Shown: positions 21,819-35,066, counted from the stretch's first letter. The stretch is DNA of 64,000 bases from Pseudomonadales bacterium (GCA_019090455.1 JAHRWA010000058.1:1989-65988); one strand, 5' to 3'. Program-made: numbers and translations. Notes: generated from the sequence alone by a model not told the origin.

Positions 21819-22326
21819 AAACAACAACCTCAACGCAATTCGTCTGACTCTCAAAATTTGCGTGCCCATAAGCTGTGCTAGGGTCGCAACTGGCCGTAGT
21901 AGTAACTGCCCAGCTAACAATAATGCAATTTTCTGCGGCATTGGCAGTACCACAAGATCGCACCCCGACAGAGCCACCGGGAAGATAATCCGCTGCCAAC
22001 GTTATTAATTCGCTAACATCATGTACAGCGACTTCACTCGCTGTACATGCGACACCACTGCCATTGCAGGATGCAGCACCGGTGACCCAATTGGTGCCGT
22101 CTAAATAAAAATCCTTTTCCGCTCGATTCATTCTCATTCTTTCTTTTGCATCAACGGCTAAAGACGTGGCTCTTTCTCGCAAAAATGCTTCATTCGTCAT
22201 TTTTAGTCCAGTGACTTCTAACCCCGCGTAACCTAAAACAGCAACACCCAATATTAAGGTCCCCACTAACGCCTCAATTAACGATACGCCGCGTTGGCAC
22301 TGATCGTGTTCTCGATTAAAATTCAT
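21808..22326 (-). CDS. pilV: Type IV minor pilin PilV
   Basis: RG|VSLIEALVGTLILGVAVLG, ERMRMN, LPGG, IIVSW. Confidence 0.88.
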   Translation of the reverse strand: MNFNREHDQCQRGVSLIEALVGTLILGVAVLGYAGLEVTGLKMTNEAFLRERATSLAVDAKERMRMNRAEKDFYLDGTNWVTGAASCNGSGVACTASEVAVHDVSELITLAADYLPGGSVGVRSCGTANAAENCIIVSWAVTTTASCDPSTAYGHANFESQTNCVEVVVYDF

Positions 22327-22880
22327 TAATTACAAACCTCACTAGTACAATCACAAGTCTTAGTATTAATCCATCCCAATTGAGACACAAAAATTTGTTT
22401 ACCTGGCCTATCGTCTCCTTCACTGCACACATCGAAAACAACGCCTGCCAAAGGCGACACAACAGCAGCACTTTTTATTCTCAGAGCACCAAGCGCACTA
22501 AACTGAATTTCTTCCGGATTCAAAATGGGAATATTGGCCCAGCTCAATTCACCGTTCGCATCGACAGTGCCTCGATTCACAGCCACTTTAGTCCGGCTTG
22601 CTGGCTGGGAGCGGTAAACAATATTATTACCTTGGTCTTGCACTTCCCACTGGCCCCATCCATTAGTCGCATCGGGAATCAGTCGACCACCATCACCCAT
22701 CACGGCATTACTGCGTGCAAGCTTTAAGGAATCTCGTATGTGATCACTGGTCTCATCTATCCGACGATCTTTTATATAGCTACTAAAACTGGAGACAGCA
22801 AACGAAGCCGTTATCGCTAAGACAGACAGACTCACCAATAACTCGATAAAGGTTATGCCTTTATTTTTGGGAAAGTTCAT
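22326..22880 (-). CDS. fimU: Type IV minor pilin FimU/FimT
   Basis: KG|ITFIELLVSLSVLAI, LKLARSNAV; first gene of the minor pilin operon. Confidence 0.8.
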   Translation of the reverse strand: MNFPKNKGITFIELLVSLSVLAITASFAVSSFSSYIKDRRIDETSDHIRDSLKLARSNAVMGDGGRLIPDATNGWGQWEVQDQGNNIVYRSQPASRTKVAVNRGTVDANGELSWANIPILNPEEIQFSALGALRIKSAAVVSPLAGVVFDVCSEGDDRPGKQIFVSQLGWINTKTCDCTSEVCN

Positions 22881-22984
22881 TTAACAACCACTTTAGAATA
22901 AGGTCTTGAGAGGAATTAACCGATCTACAATCTAGGGCCGCTCGATTAAATCCGAGAGGCCGTATCCTGGGCAAGTTGAATGCG

Positions 22985-23015
22985 GATCAACGGTTAGTTA
23001 ACTAGTTCTAGCGGT
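22985..23015 (-). promoter_or_regulatory. Candidate AlgR/LytTR-type direct-repeat binding sites upstream of fimU
   Basis: Minus-strand ACCGCTAGAA and ACCGTTGATC with a 21-bp period; partial match to the AlgR box ACCGTTCGTC. Confidence 0.3.
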
Positions 23016-23098
23016 TATTTTCGAAGATATCAAAAAACGGGAGAGTAAACTCTTTGCCGCTAATCGCCATAATAAATAGATTAATCCTTATAAAGCGA

Positions 23099-24034
23099 TT
23101 AAATTCGAAGTTCTTTTGGCATAGAAAAAACAATATTTTCTGGTTTACCTTCCAACTCAGTGACGTCGATACCGCCTAACTCTTTCACTTTTTCGATCAC
23201 TTGTTGAACGAGTACTTCAGGTGCTGACGCGCCAGCAGTAAGACCTACGTGCTGAATATTTTCAAACCATTCCGCTTTGACTTCATCTGCAAAGTCCACC
23301 AAATAACTCTTAACTCCAGCCCGCTCTGCCAACTCTCTCAAGCGATTTGAATTAGAGCTATTGATAGATCCCACCACCAGCACGACTTCTGCCACGGTAG
23401 ACAACTGTTTTACTGCATCCTGTCTATTTTGGGTGGCATAACAGATATCGTCTTTCTTCGGGCCTTGAATCTTGGGAAAACGCGCCTTCATGGCATCGAT
23501 AATTGCCAATGTGTCATCAACAGAAAGTGTGGTTTGAGTGACGTAGGAGAGAAGAGAAGGGTTCGATACTGCCAAAGCCGCCACATCATCAACATTTTCA
23601 ACCAAATAAATATCACCACCAGCATTCTTATCAAACTGCCCCATAGTGCCTTCCACTTCGGGATGCCCTCGATGGCCTACCAATATACATTCACTACCCG
23701 CGCGGCTAATTCGCCACACTTCCATATGCACTTTAGTGACCAAAGGACAGGTAGCATCAAAAACCTTTAGCCCTCTATTCGCCGCCTCTTGCTGCACTTG
23801 CTTGGAAACACCGTGAGCGCTAAAAATAACCACTTTATCATCGGGAACCTCAGCCAACTCGTCCACAAAAAGCGCACCGCGCGATCGCAGGTCATCAACC
23901 ACAAAGCGGTTATGCACCACCTCGTGACGCACATAGATAGGCGGACCAAATACTTCTAGCGCGCGATTAACGATGGCGATAGCCCTATCAACACCAGCAC
24001 AAAATCCTCGAGGGTTAGCAAGCTCAATTTTCAC
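23099..24034 (-). CDS. ispH: 4-hydroxy-3-methylbut-2-enyl diphosphate reductase
   Basis: [42 protein letters not shown]. Confidence 0.98.
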   Translation of the reverse strand: MKIELANPRGFCAGVDRAIAIVNRALEVFGPPIYVRHEVVHNRFVVDDLRSRGALFVDELAEVPDDKVVIFSAHGVSKQVQQEAANRGLKVFDATCPLVTKVHMEVWRISRAGSECILVGHRGHPEVEGTMGQFDKNAGGDIYLVENVDDVAALAVSNPSLLSYVTQTTLSVDDTLAIIDAMKARFPKIQGPKKDDICYATQNRQDAVKQLSTVAEVVLVVGSINSSNSNRLRELAERAGVKSYLVDFADEVKAEWFENIQHVGLTAGASAPEVLVQQVIEKVKELGGIDVTELEGKPENIVFSMPKELRI

Positions 24035-24521
24035 GACTACTGCCTCCTTGCATTTGCACAGCCTGTACGGCGGGCTTTATCGCTATAATCTCAACTTCAA
24101 AAGTGAGATCGCGACCCGCTAGAGGGTGATTAAAATCCACTGTCACTATTTCGTTTTCTATCTTTTGCACAACACCTGGCAGCTCGCCTCCATCACCAGC
24201 ATTTGCAAAGGAGATCATCGTTCCCGGCTCCAACACCATCTCATCGGAAAATCGACTGCGCGATATTTCTTGCATATTTTTATCATTGCGTTCGCCAAAC
24301 CCATTTGCAGACTCGATCAAGATAGAACGCTTATCCCCTACCTTGAGGCCTAACAGGGCCTGTTCAAATCCGGGCAATAAGCTGCCGTCACCGTACTGAA
24401 AAGTCGCGGGTTCATTATCGCGAGTGGAATCAACAATACTGCCATCCATAAAAAGAACCGAAAAATGCAATGTTATTTGCTTGTCATCATCAATACGGAT
24501 TTGATCATTATTACAAGACAT
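24024..24521 (-). CDS. fkpB: FKBP-type peptidyl-prolyl isomerase (SlpA/FkpB)
   Basis: TLHFS...[31 protein letters not shown]; between lspA and ispH. Confidence 0.93.
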   Translation of the reverse strand: MSCNNDQIRIDDDKQITLHFSVLFMDGSIVDSTRDNEPATFQYGDGSLLPGFEQALLGLKVGDKRSILIESANGFGERNDKNMQEISRSRFSDEMVLEPGTMISFANAGDGGELPGVVQKIENEIVTVDFNHPLAGRDLTFEVEIIAIKPAVQAVQMQGGSSREN

Positions 24522-24580
24522 AAATTTTTAACTTTCTCACTTCAAAACAGACACGCTGGTTAACGCTGCACTTACAGTCA

Positions 24581-25111
24581 CTATTTATTGGGATTCCGAA
24601 ACACATCAATCCCCATCATTATTGCACCCACCGTAATGGCGGAATCCGCAACATTAAAAGCAGGAAAATGGGCTGACCCCCAGTAAACATCCAAAAAATC
24701 CACCACATAACCTAATAGAATTCGATCTGCCACGTTGCCGATCGCGCCCCCTAATATCAAGGCCAGGGAAATCGCAAGCCACTTATCGTTCTTTGGCAAT
24801 CGATACAACCACACAACGAGCACGATACTCACAACAACCGCAATCACGGCAAAAAACCAGCGTTGCCACCCATCCTCTCCCGCTAAAAAGCTAAAGGCAG
24901 CGCCCAAATTATGTGCCAAGGTAATATTAAAAAAAGGAATGACTTTGATGGATTCATAAAGCTCCAAATTAGCGGACGCCATATTTTTAGTCCACTGATC
25001 CAACACTATCACCAACCCGGTTATCCATAACCAATGCAACATACCCGTAGGTCCTGTCGACATCTTAGTTCCTGCCGAATTGTTGCTTGCTTCTTTCTTT
25101 ACATCATTCAT
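24581..25111 (-). CDS. lspA: Lipoprotein signal peptidase II
   Basis: LDQWTK, NLGAAFSFL, GAIGNVADR, VVDFL, FPAFNVADSAI. Confidence 0.97.
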   Translation of the reverse strand: MNDVKKEASNNSAGTKMSTGPTGMLHWLWITGLVIVLDQWTKNMASANLELYESIKVIPFFNITLAHNLGAAFSFLAGEDGWQRWFFAVIAVVVSIVLVVWLYRLPKNDKWLAISLALILGGAIGNVADRILLGYVVDFLDVYWGSAHFPAFNVADSAITVGAIMMGIDVFRNPNK

Positions 25112-25145
25112 TTAAACATCACTTTCATTGGGTGATTTCATTTGA

Positions 25146-27974
25146 TCAGACAAAGTGGCGTTTCTCGCCCTTGCCATCCACATTTTCGACACATCGACCG
25201 CATAGGCCAGGGAAACTCTGATTGCGATTAACGTCGGATGTATGGTGCCAGCATCGTTCACATTTACTGTGATTACTGCGAGAAATTTTGACACCAAAGC
25301 CATCGGCATCATCTGCGATGTTACCGTCGGTTCCAAGATGTCGAATCTTGACCTCAGAGCAGATGAGTGAAAAACGTAACTCAGGCCCCAACGTATCGAG
25401 TATTTGTTTCAGATCGGCAGAACACTGTATTTCTACTTCCGCTTCCAGGCTACCGCCAATGACGCCCTCTTTCCTTGCTTTCTCAAACTCTTTATTCACT
25501 GCATTTTTAATCGCAACAATCTGCCCCCAAAAATCACGATTAAATTCGCCCTTATCTTGGAGCGCACCTAAACCGTCATACCACGTTTCCAAAAACACGG
25601 ACTCTGATCGAGTACCTGGAATCGCTTTCCAAACCTCTTCGGCGGTAAAACTCAGTATGGGTGCGATCCAACGTACCAAAGCTTCCACAATATGATACAA
25701 AGCACTTTGCGCTGATCGCCTCGCTAAACTATTTTCCTGCGTGGTGTAAAGCCGATCTTTAATAATATCCAGATAAAAACCACCTAGATCTAGCGAGCAA
25801 AAATGATGGATTTTTTGGTATATTGGCAAAAACTCATAATCATCATAATGATCAATAATATCTTTTTGCAGATTCAGAGTTCGATCAACAGCCCAACGAT
25901 CTAGCGGCATCATGTCCTCATTCGCGACTAAATTTTCTGTCACATCAAAGCCATCTAAATTCGACAATAAAAACCGAATGGTATTTCTAATTCTTCGATA
26001 CGAGTCCGCAGTACGTTCAAAAATCTGATCCGTCACTGTCATTTCATTGGTGTAATCGGTCGCCGCAATCCACAAGCGCATTATATCTGCGCCGAGACTA
26101 TTCACCACTTTCTGGGGTGCCACACCGTTGCGAACGGATTTTGACATTTTCTTGCCGTCACCATCCACGGTAAAGCCATGGGTAATCACTGTTTTATAAG
26201 GTGCTTCGCCTCGTGTTGCAATGGCGGTTTTTAATGAAGATTGGAACCAACCTCGATGTTGATCCGAACCTTCAAGATACACATCAGCAGGAAATTGTAA
26301 TTCAGGCCGCTCTTCCATCACTGCTGCATGGGTCACTCCGGAATCGAACCAGACATCCAATGTATCCGTTACTTTTTGATATTGGTCAGCGTCCTTCCCC
26401 AACAAATCAGCAGGCTCCAAATCATCCCAAGCATCAATCCCTTTTTCCTCCACTAACAATGCCACCTCTTCCATCAACCGCTGGGTATCAGGGTGAATCT
26501 CTTCCGTTTCCTTATGAACAAACAATGTAATGGGAACACCCCAAGTGCGCTGCCGAGAGATGCACCAATCGGGGCTACCTTGCAACATAGACTCCATACG
26601 CCCTCGCGCTTTTTCCGGCACCCATTGCACCTCTTTTACCGCAGCAAAGGCTTTGTCCAACAAATGATTTTGTTTCATGCTGATAAACCACTGAGGTGTG
26701 GCGCGATAAATCAAAGGAGTCTTGGTACGCCAACAATGGGGAAAGCTATGCTGAAATGCTTTCTCCAGCACTAGCCTTCCACCGTCCTTCAGAACTTCAA
26801 TAACATGGGCATCAACCTTATACACATGCTCACCAGCAAACAATTCAACGGAGTCGCGAAACACGCCATTGTCATCAACATAGTTTAAGGTGCCTAAATC
26901 ATATCGACGCCCCACACTAAAATCGTCCACGCCATGATCCGGAGCCGTATGTACAGCCCCCGTTCCCGCATCCGTGGTAACGTGATCACCTAATAAAATC
27001 GTGACATTCTTATTATAGAAGGGGTGTTTGAGTTTCTGATTCTCAAGGACTGCCCCCTTACAAGTACCGCGCTCACTAAAACTATCAACCTCATAACGCT
27101 GCATCACATCCGCTACCATATCGGTCGCTATCATTATCAATTCTTGGCCGCCGCCCAGGTCAACCTCCACCAAGGAGTATTCCAAACCACCATTAATAGA
27201 AACAGCTTGATTCGACGGTAACGTCCAAGGGGTCGTCGTCCAAATAACAACGTTAACAGGAAGCGACCCATCTGCGGGCAAAGAACCTTTCTGCTCAAAA
27301 TTAGCCAGAAACTCCGCTTTATCCTCAGGCTCAAAACGAACATCCACTGCAGTGGAGGTTTTATCTTGATATTCCACTTCAGCTTCCGCTAACGCCGAGG
27401 CTCCTACTACACTCCAATAAACAGGTTTATAACCTTTATGAAGATGTCCATTTTCTATAATGCGACTTAATGCTCGAATGATATTAGCTTCGAAATTAAA
27501 GTTCATCGTCAGGTAAGGGTTATCCCAGTCGCCTAAAATTCCAAGCCTAACAAAATCTTTCTTCTGTCCTTCAATTTGGCGCTGAGCATATTCACGACAT
27601 TTTTTCCTAAAGGTTTTGACGTCTACCTTAACGCCCGCTTTGCCTACCTTTTTTTCTACCTGGTGCTCTATCGGTAGCCCATGACAATCCCACCCTGGGA
27701 TATAAGGTGCATCAAACCCACTCAGGGTTTTCGATTTAATAATAAAGTCTTTCAACACTTTATTGACGGCATGGCCAATGTGGATATCACCATTGGCATA
27801 CGGCGGCCCATCATGTAAAACAAACTTAGGGCGGCCATCACAAATCTCTCGAATTTTTTCGTAGAGTTTGTCTTGCTGCCATTTTTTTACGAACCCCGGC
27901 TCGCGTTGTGCCAAATTGGCTTTCATTGCAAAACTGGTCTTCGGTAAGTTCAGTGTGTTTTTATATTCACTCAT
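25146..27974 (-). CDS. ileS: Isoleucine--tRNA ligase (type 1)
   Basis: [48 protein letters not shown]-terminal Zn finger CERCW...CGRC. Confidence 0.98.
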   Translation of the reverse strand: MSEYKNTLNLPKTSFAMKANLAQREPGFVKKWQQDKLYEKIREICDGRPKFVLHDGPPYANGDIHIGHAVNKVLKDFIIKSKTLSGFDAPYIPGWDCHGLPIEHQVEKKVGKAGVKVDVKTFRKKCREYAQRQIEGQKKDFVRLGILGDWDNPYLTMNFNFEANIIRALSRIIENGHLHKGYKPVYWSVVGASALAEAEVEYQDKTSTAVDVRFEPEDKAEFLANFEQKGSLPADGSLPVNVVIWTTTPWTLPSNQAVSINGGLEYSLVEVDLGGGQELIMIATDMVADVMQRYEVDSFSERGTCKGAVLENQKLKHPFYNKNVTILLGDHVTTDAGTGAVHTAPDHGVDDFSVGRRYDLGTLNYVDDNGVFRDSVELFAGEHVYKVDAHVIEVLKDGGRLVLEKAFQHSFPHCWRTKTPLIYRATPQWFISMKQNHLLDKAFAAVKEVQWVPEKARGRMESMLQGSPDWCISRQRTWGVPITLFVHKETEEIHPDTQRLMEEVALLVEEKGIDAWDDLEPADLLGKDADQYQKVTDTLDVWFDSGVTHAAVMEERPELQFPADVYLEGSDQHRGWFQSSLKTAIATRGEAPYKTVITHGFTVDGDGKKMSKSVRNGVAPQKVVNSLGADIMRLWIAATDYTNEMTVTDQIFERTADSYRRIRNTIRFLLSNLDGFDVTENLVANEDMMPLDRWAVDRTLNLQKDIIDHYDDYEFLPIYQKIHHFCSLDLGGFYLDIIKDRLYTTQENSLARRSAQSALYHIVEALVRWIAPILSFTAEEVWKAIPGTRSESVFLETWYDGLGALQDKGEFNRDFWGQIVAIKNAVNKEFEKARKEGVIGGSLEAEVEIQCSADLKQILDTLGPELRFSLICSEVKIRHLGTDGNIADDADGFGVKISRSNHSKCERCWHHTSDVNRNQSFPGLCGRCVENVDGKGEKRHFV

Positions 27975-28123
27975 GGATAGTCGCCGTTATATGCCTTATT
28001 AATCCGAATTTACTATTCGTTTTGGTGTGGGCCTGTTTTATATGAATCTGTTTTTATGCGAACCGCTTTTATATAGACCTACATTATGTAGATAGACCTA
28101 TGTTGATGCTTGACTGACGTCGT

Positions 28124-29053
28124 TCAAGAAAGATTAAAAATCTTCCTTCCTATAGCGATGTCATTTTGTATCGCTTGCTTAAGCGTTTCTAAGCCATCAA
28201 ACTTTTTTTCTTCTCTAATTTTTTTCACGAAGCTCACATCAATTTTTCGACCGTAAAGATCGCCTTTAAAATCCAGCAAATGCACCTCAAGCCTCTCATC
28301 CTTACCGCCCACAGTAGGTCGGTTGCCAATACTCGCCATCGCAGGTAGTGGTTTGTCTTCAATCCCAGACACTTCCACGGCGAAAACGCCTTTCAGTGGT
28401 GAGCGCTGCCTGCCCAACAATACATTTGCAGTGGGCACGCCAATGGTTCGACCAATTTTATCGCCATGCACCACGCGACCACCGATATAAAACCGGTGAC
28501 CCAGTAACTTGTCGACTAACTCAAAATTGCTATCGTGAAGTGCATTTCTAATACGCGTACTACTGACTCGTTCCGATAAGTACTTCGTGGTTTTCGTGTT
28601 AACCACCTCAAATCCATTAAGTTGACCCTCTCGCTCTAGAAACTCGAAATCACCTCGTCGGTCACTACCGAAATGAAAATCATCTCCCACGACTAGAAAG
28701 CGCACCCCCATGCCATTCACCAAAATGTCATCGACGAACTTTTTAGCACTTAACGAACGAAAACTTTCATTAAACCGAACACAGAGAACCCGGCCCACAC
28801 CGTACTCTGCCAGCCCCTCCAACTTGTCACGAAACCGCATTATACGAGCCGGCACTGATCCGCTAGCAAAATACTCACTGGGCTGGGGTTCAAATAATAG
28901 GACGGCAGAGGGCAACCTTAACTCTTTGGACTTTTCTGCCACTTGAGCAATGATGCTTTGATGGCCTCGATGAACACCATCATAATTGCCAATCGTAGCC
29001 ACACACCCACGATGGTGCGCTTTTAAATTGTGCAGCCCTCTAATTAACTCCAT
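28124..29053 (-). CDS. ribF: Bifunctional riboflavin kinase/FAD synthetase
   Basis: TIGNYDGVHRGHQ, VGDDFHFG, VSSTRIR, GRTIGVPTAN, GNRPTV, LEVHL. Confidence 0.97.
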   Translation of the reverse strand: MELIRGLHNLKAHHRGCVATIGNYDGVHRGHQSIIAQVAEKSKELRLPSAVLLFEPQPSEYFASGSVPARIMRFRDKLEGLAEYGVGRVLCVRFNESFRSLSAKKFVDDILVNGMGVRFLVVGDDFHFGSDRRGDFEFLEREGQLNGFEVVNTKTTKYLSERVSSTRIRNALHDSNFELVDKLLGHRFYIGGRVVHGDKIGRTIGVPTANVLLGRQRSPLKGVFAVEVSGIEDKPLPAMASIGNRPTVGGKDERLEVHLLDFKGDLYGRKIDVSFVKKIREEKKFDGLETLKQAIQNDIAIGRKIFNLS

Positions 29054-29210
29054 AACGCCTTTGTACTCGCAATCGCTTGAGGCTATTGAATGCCCTTATT
29101 AAGTAACGGACGGATTATATCGGAAGTTACCTCTTTGCTCATTAGCTTGTTTTCAGTTAGAGCACATTTTAAGCAGGACCCATCAATACACCGCACGCTC
29201 TCTTCGATCT

Positions 29211-30794
29211 CTAATGTTGCCTAAAATGCCGTAATCGAATACCCAAAATGACTAACACTACAAAATAGCTACCCGCCCCTGACACAACGAGAATAGCTAA
29301 ACCGGTGACCCTTTCCCATACTGTCATTTCAAACCAGTTATCTAGCTCGGGAAATTGCAGGATTAAAACAGTACTCATCACAAGCAATGCCGCACCCAAT
29401 TGGCAGCCATATCGCAGCCAACCACGACTTGCCGTGTATATACCACTTTTCTTCAAGCCCCAAAACAATAATCCCGCATTGAGCAATGCCGACAAGGATG
29501 TCGCCAATGCCAACCCCGCATGCGCTAGAGGCCATATTAATATCAGATTTAGCACCATATTAATGGCCATGGTTTTAATAGCTATTTTAACGGGCGTTTT
29601 CGTATCCTGGCGCGCGAAGTAACCGGGAGCCAAAACCTTAATCAACATAAAAGCCAATAACCCTCCCGAATAAGCTCGCAAACTCAATGCAGACATCGTC
29701 ACGTCTTGTTGGCTAAACTCACCATACTGAAACAATGTCGATAAAATGGGCTCTGCCAAAATAAACAAAGCAACCGCAGCAGGGAGCCCAACAATTAATA
29801 CGGTTCGAAATGCCCAATCTAAGGTAGAAGAATATTCCTCAGGGGCCAAATCCGCATACTTTCGGGACAAACTGGGCAGAATCACAGTACCGATGGCTAT
29901 CCCAAAAACTCCCAACGGTAATTCCATTAAGCGATCCGAAAAGTAAAGCCACGAAACACTACCTGTCGTTAAAAACGACGCTAATACGGTATCCAATAAT
30001 AAATTAATTTGGCTTACCGACACGCCAAACAGTGCGGGAATCATCAGCTGAATAATTTTCTGGACGCCTGGGTCATTCCAATCCCATTTCGGTTTCGGCA
30101 CCAAATCAATTCTGGCCAAAAAAGGTAATTGCCATAAAAATTGTAAGATTCCTGCCGCCAATACTGCCCAACCTAAGGCCATCACAGGCTCATCCAAACT
30201 CTGGGAAAATAATACGGTAGCGGAAATCAGACAAACATTGAGAATCACTGGCGCAAAGGCCGGAGGAGCAAAGGAGCCATAACTATTTAAGATGGACCCG
30301 CAAAATGCCACTAATGACACAAAAAACAAATAAGGGAAGGTTATCTGAAGCAAGTCAGCAGCAAGAGCCAGTTTTTCACCCCCTTCGTACCATCCCGGCG
30401 CAAAAAGAATGATTAACCACGGCGCCGTCAATACTGCCAGGCCGCTGATGATAAAAGTGATTAGACCTAAAACGCCCGACACTCTATCTACCAGCCTCTT
30501 GACCTCATTGAAGCTATGTTTCGACTGATACTCCGACAAGACAGGAACAAATGCCTGAGCAAAAGCTCCTTCACCAAACAGTCTACGTAGAAAATTAGGG
30601 ACTTTAGATGCGATAAAAAAAGCATCCGCACTGGAGCTGGCGCCAAAATAATTAGCAACCACCACATCCCGAATCAACCCCATAATGCGAGAGACCAGCG
30701 TCATGGCACTGACAACACCGGTAGACTTCAACAAACTAGCTTTCTTCGCAGGACCCTGCTCGGTAGCAAGTGTGGTCTGAGGTTTTGATTCCAT
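29211..30794 (-). CDS. murJ: Lipid II flippase MurJ
   Basis: SRIMGLIRD, PNFLRRLFGEGAF, DRLMELPLGVFG; multi-TM protein; ribF-murJ-rpsT synteny. Confidence 0.97.
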   Translation of the reverse strand: MESKPQTTLATEQGPAKKASLLKSTGVVSAMTLVSRIMGLIRDVVVANYFGASSSADAFFIASKVPNFLRRLFGEGAFAQAFVPVLSEYQSKHSFNEVKRLVDRVSGVLGLITFIISGLAVLTAPWLIILFAPGWYEGGEKLALAADLLQITFPYLFFVSLVAFCGSILNSYGSFAPPAFAPVILNVCLISATVLFSQSLDEPVMALGWAVLAAGILQFLWQLPFLARIDLVPKPKWDWNDPGVQKIIQLMIPALFGVSVSQINLLLDTVLASFLTTGSVSWLYFSDRLMELPLGVFGIAIGTVILPSLSRKYADLAPEEYSSTLDWAFRTVLIVGLPAAVALFILAEPILSTLFQYGEFSQQDVTMSALSLRAYSGGLLAFMLIKVLAPGYFARQDTKTPVKIAIKTMAINMVLNLILIWPLAHAGLALATSLSALLNAGLLFWGLKKSGIYTASRGWLRYGCQLGAALLVMSTVLILQFPELDNWFEMTVWERVTGLAILVVSGAGSYFVVLVILGIRLRHFRQH

Positions 30795-30950
30795 TAGAAA
30801 ATAGTAGATTAAACCGGTAATTTGAAAAGGATGGAGAAAGTCCGGCCGGAATGGTAGCGAAGCTATCGAGTATTAGCTAGCAGATAATCCGCTACAAGCC
30901 CGCTGTCAGCGTCTATACTGCTATTCACTGATGCAAAAGGGCAATTTAGG

Positions 30951-30985
30951 TTGACAAACCGCCTGTCAAACTGAATAATCGCGCC
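30951..30985 (+). promoter_or_regulatory. Sigma70 promoter of rpsT
   Basis: TTGACA-17 bp-AATAAT followed by a GC-rich discriminator CGCGCC. Confidence 0.65.
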
Positions 30986-31041
30986 TCTTTTGGTATTCAC
31001 CGAATAGACTATTAAAATCCCCATATCTAGGAGCATGAACA

Positions 31042-31305
31042 TTGGCTAATCTTAAGCAAGCAAAAAAGCGTGCGTCACAGGCAGAAGTGCGTCGCGTTCG
31101 CAATGCCAGCCAACGCTCCATGGTACGTACTTACATTAAGAAAGTAGTTGCGGCCATAGAGTCTGGCAATAAAGAAGCAGCTAACGCAGCCCTAAAAGAT
31201 GCTACATCTGTCATCGATCGCATGGCAGACAAAGGCGTCATGCACAAAAACAAAGCTGCTCGACATAAAAGTCGCTTGAATGCACAGATTAAAGCCTTAG
31301 CTTAA
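31042..31305 (+). CDS. rpsT: 30S ribosomal protein S20
   Basis: TTG start after AGGAG; [11 protein letters not shown]...[12 protein letters not shown]. Confidence 0.98.
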   Translation: MANLKQAKKRASQAEVRRVRNASQRSMVRTYIKKVVAAIESGNKEAANAALKDATSVIDRMADKGVMHKNKAARHKSRLNAQIKALA

Positions 31306-31318
31306 TCTGAAACATCTC

Positions 31319-31359
31319 AAGCATAAAAAAACCGGCTTTTAGCCGGTTTTTTTATGCTT
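31319..31359. terminator. Bidirectional rho-independent terminator (rpsT / proB)
   Basis: AAGCATAAAAAAACCGGCT-TTT-AGCCGGTTTTTTTATGCTT. Confidence 0.9.
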
Positions 31360-31422
31360 TCTCAAAATGACTTTTCATGATTAAGGGGCCGCAATCTCTT
31401 ATTTTCTCTAAAGAATCAAGCT

Positions 31423-32553
31423 CTAAAACACGACCAAATTATCTCTGTGAATCAACTCCTCTTGATCAATATAACCCAATATTGATTCAATTTTATCACT
31501 AACAAAACCCGCAATTTGTCGCGCCTCATCAGCGCTGTAGTTGACCATACCGCAAGCTACTTTACGGCCTGCAGAATCAACGCACTCCACCACTTCTCCT
31601 CGGCGAAACTCACCTTCCACCAACCTAATACCAACTGGCAGCAAACTGCGACCCTGATCTTGCAAAACTCTGACTGCACCATCATCCAATTCCAGCCGAC
31701 CCTTCATTTGCAAATGACCTGCCAACCATTGTTTGCGGGCTGCAATCGGCTCTTGATCCGGCACCATTAAAGTACCTACCGACTCACTAGCCCTAACGCG
31801 TAACAGTATATTGACCTCATCACCGCCTGCAATGACAGTAAAAGAGCCCGACCGAGCCGCCAAGATCGCAGAACGCACCTTCGTCGCCATTCCGCCGCAT
31901 CCCAGACCACCACCACCTACGGTTGCCATGGCAACCAGACTGGGATCATTGGCTCGCACTTCATCCAACAGTTGTGCGTCATTATGCTCACGAGGATCTT
32001 TATCAAACATCCCAGACTGATCCGTTAAAATCACCAGCACATCAGCCTCGATCAAATTTGCCACTAGAGCACCCAATGTATCGTTGTCGCCAAACCTCAC
32101 TTCATCCGTGACCACGGTATCGTTCTCATTCACTACAGGCACAACGCCCATATCCAACAAACTCAGCATGGTGCTACGAGCATTCAGGTAGCGCTTACGA
32201 TCCGACAAATCTTCATGGGTCAGCAATATCTGAGCGGTATGAACTTGGTGCCTCTGAAAGCAAGTCTCGTAAGCCTGCACCAACCCCATTTGGCCCACGG
32301 CCGCAGCGGCTTGCAGCTCATGAATCGAGCTAGGCCGACGCTCTAAGCCCAATCGACTCATCCCCTCAGCAACCGCTCCCGATGACACTAACACCACCTC
32401 GACACCTAAATTACGAAGTGTCGCAATCTGGTCTACCCAACCTGAAATCGCACGCTGATCCAAACCCTGACCACCTGCGGTTAGCAAAGAACTGCCAATT
32501 TTAACTACCCAGCGTTTACTACTAGCAAGCCGGTCTCGCTGCGTTATCTTCAT
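31423..32553 (-). CDS. proB: Glutamate 5-kinase
   Basis: [40 protein letters not shown]; C-terminal PUA domain. Confidence 0.97.
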   Translation of the reverse strand: MKITQRDRLASSKRWVVKIGSSLLTAGGQGLDQRAISGWVDQIATLRNLGVEVVLVSSGAVAEGMSRLGLERRPSSIHELQAAAAVGQMGLVQAYETCFQRHQVHTAQILLTHEDLSDRKRYLNARSTMLSLLDMGVVPVVNENDTVVTDEVRFGDNDTLGALVANLIEADVLVILTDQSGMFDKDPREHNDAQLLDEVRANDPSLVAMATVGGGGLGCGGMATKVRSAILAARSGSFTVIAGGDEVNILLRVRASESVGTLMVPDQEPIAARKQWLAGHLQMKGRLELDDGAVRVLQDQGRSLLPVGIRLVEGEFRRGEVVECVDSAGRKVACGMVNYSADEARQIAGFVSDKIESILGYIDQEELIHRDNLVVF

Positions 32554-32644
32554 ATCTGCCTAACTCTGAAAACTGATGACTACTCGGATTAAAAAGGTGG
32601 GTCACCGCATAAACGGGCGGAGGGATTAAATAACGGCAAACAGT

Positions 32645-33853
<1,209 letters not shown>

Positions 33854-33941
33854 CTAAAACTAGGACATACAGCAAAGAACGGACCTTACTTGTGTATTGT
33901 AAGGCATGAGTTTTTGGCATACATAATATAGCCCCAACAGC

Positions 33942-33972
33942 AAAAAGCCCTGCCTAAAATAGGCAGGGCTTT
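33942..33972 (-). terminator. Rho-independent terminator after rplU-rpmA
   Basis: Minus strand AAAGCCCTGCCT-loop-AGGCAGGGCTTTTT. Confidence 0.8.
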
Positions 33973-34058
33973 ATATGCTATCGAATCAACAACTTCAAAC
34001 TGCAACTACCATCGCAACTCAACAACTGTCAAAACCTGCACCACAGAGCAGAGTAAAT

Positions 34059-34310
34059 CTATACGACGCTTACGTAACGGCGGCTTTTCGGGCCCTTTAT
34101 ATCAAACTTCACTACGCCATCAGCTGTAGCAAAAAGCGTATGATCACGCCCTAAACCCACATTACCACCCGGATGAAACTGAGTGCCACGCTGACGAACA
34201 ATAATGTTGCCTGCTTTAATTACTTGGCCGCCATACATTTTCACACCTAAGCGTTTAGACTCAGAATCGCGACCATTACGGGTACTACCACCGGCTTTCT
34301 TATGAGCCAT
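34059..34310 (-). CDS. rpmA: 50S ribosomal protein L27
   Basis: [24 protein letters not shown]. Confidence 0.99.
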   Translation of the reverse strand: MAHKKAGGSTRNGRDSESKRLGVKMYGGQVIKAGNIIVRQRGTQFHPGGNVGLGRDHTLFATADGVVKFDIKGPKSRRYVSVV

Positions 34311-34342
34311 GAAATGTCTCCTTTAGAATTCGATTTATCAAC

Positions 34343-34654
34343 TTACGCGTTAATACTCGTAATTTTCACTTCGGTATACCACTGACGATGCCCCATCTGC
34401 TTACGATGATGCTTACGTCGGCGAAATTTAATAACTTTAATCTTATCATGTCGACCATGACCGACCACCTCAGCGGAAACCTTTCCGCCATCTACAAACG
34501 GTGCACCAATCTTGATATCTTCGCCATCGGCGACCATGAGTACTTTTTCGAAATCAACAGCGGCGCCCGGCTCCACTTCAAGCAATTCTAGCTTTAGGGA
34601 TTCACCTTCGATAACTCGGTGTTGTTTGCCACCACTTTCAAAAACGGCGTACAT
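34343..34654 (-). CDS. rplU: 50S ribosomal protein L21
   Basis: [14 protein letters not shown]...[16 protein letters not shown]. Confidence 0.99.
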   Translation of the reverse strand: MYAVFESGGKQHRVIEGESLKLELLEVEPGAAVDFEKVLMVADGEDIKIGAPFVDGGKVSAEVVGHGRHDKIKVIKFRRRKHHRKQMGHRQWYTEVKITSINA

Positions 34655-34923
34655 AGCGTTCTACTCCGTTGAGTATAAAATCTTATGACAGTTAGCCTTA
34701 GCTTACAGAGCGATAATAAATCCACTCGACTTATTTATCGTTACAAAAACCAACAACTAAATTACGTGTGCCTTCTACTTGAAATTAATCCACTTCAACC
34801 CACAAAAAACACTTAATGAGTGCTTTCACATTCATAAGTAAGATGCGGATGTACATACCAAACTCTCGTCAATTCCAAGGTCTGCCATTATACTTTAGGA
34901 CATATTCGGTGGGAGGCCACACA

Positions 34924-34961
34924 GGGGGCGCAATTCTAAGTGATGCTCCCGTGTGGATCAA
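34924..34961 (-). promoter_or_regulatory. Sigma70 promoter of rplU-rpmA
   Basis: Minus strand TTGATC-17 bp-TAGAAT followed by a GC-rich discriminator GCGCCCCC. Confidence 0.6.
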
Positions 34962-35036
34962 GGGGTTTTTGCGGATATCAGTAAATCATACTCGCGACTG
35001 ACATTCACTCATCACACCCTATATTGACCGCCTATC

Positions 35037-35066
35037 TTGACACCAAGGCGCTTGGACGCCTAGCAT
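35037..35066 (+). promoter_or_regulatory. Possible sigma70 promoter of ispB
   Basis: TTGACA-18 bp-TAGCAT. Confidence 0.4.

Noticed and set aside
21819-21977. N-terminal extension of the PilW ORF (similar over-long starts for bamD, nadE, pilR, ispB and the DUF481 gene)
   Set aside because: The extensions overlap neighbouring genes or promoters; downstream ATGs give normal signal or leader positions.
25112-25336. 74-aa minus-strand ORF overlapping the end of ileS, and the many short antisense or alternate-frame ORFs in the track
   Set aside because: They lie within well-supported conserved genes and show no recognisable motifs.
28032-28105. Degenerate 15-16-nt repeats between ribF and ileS
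   Set aside because: Too degenerate and without spacers; not a CRISPR array and no evident function.
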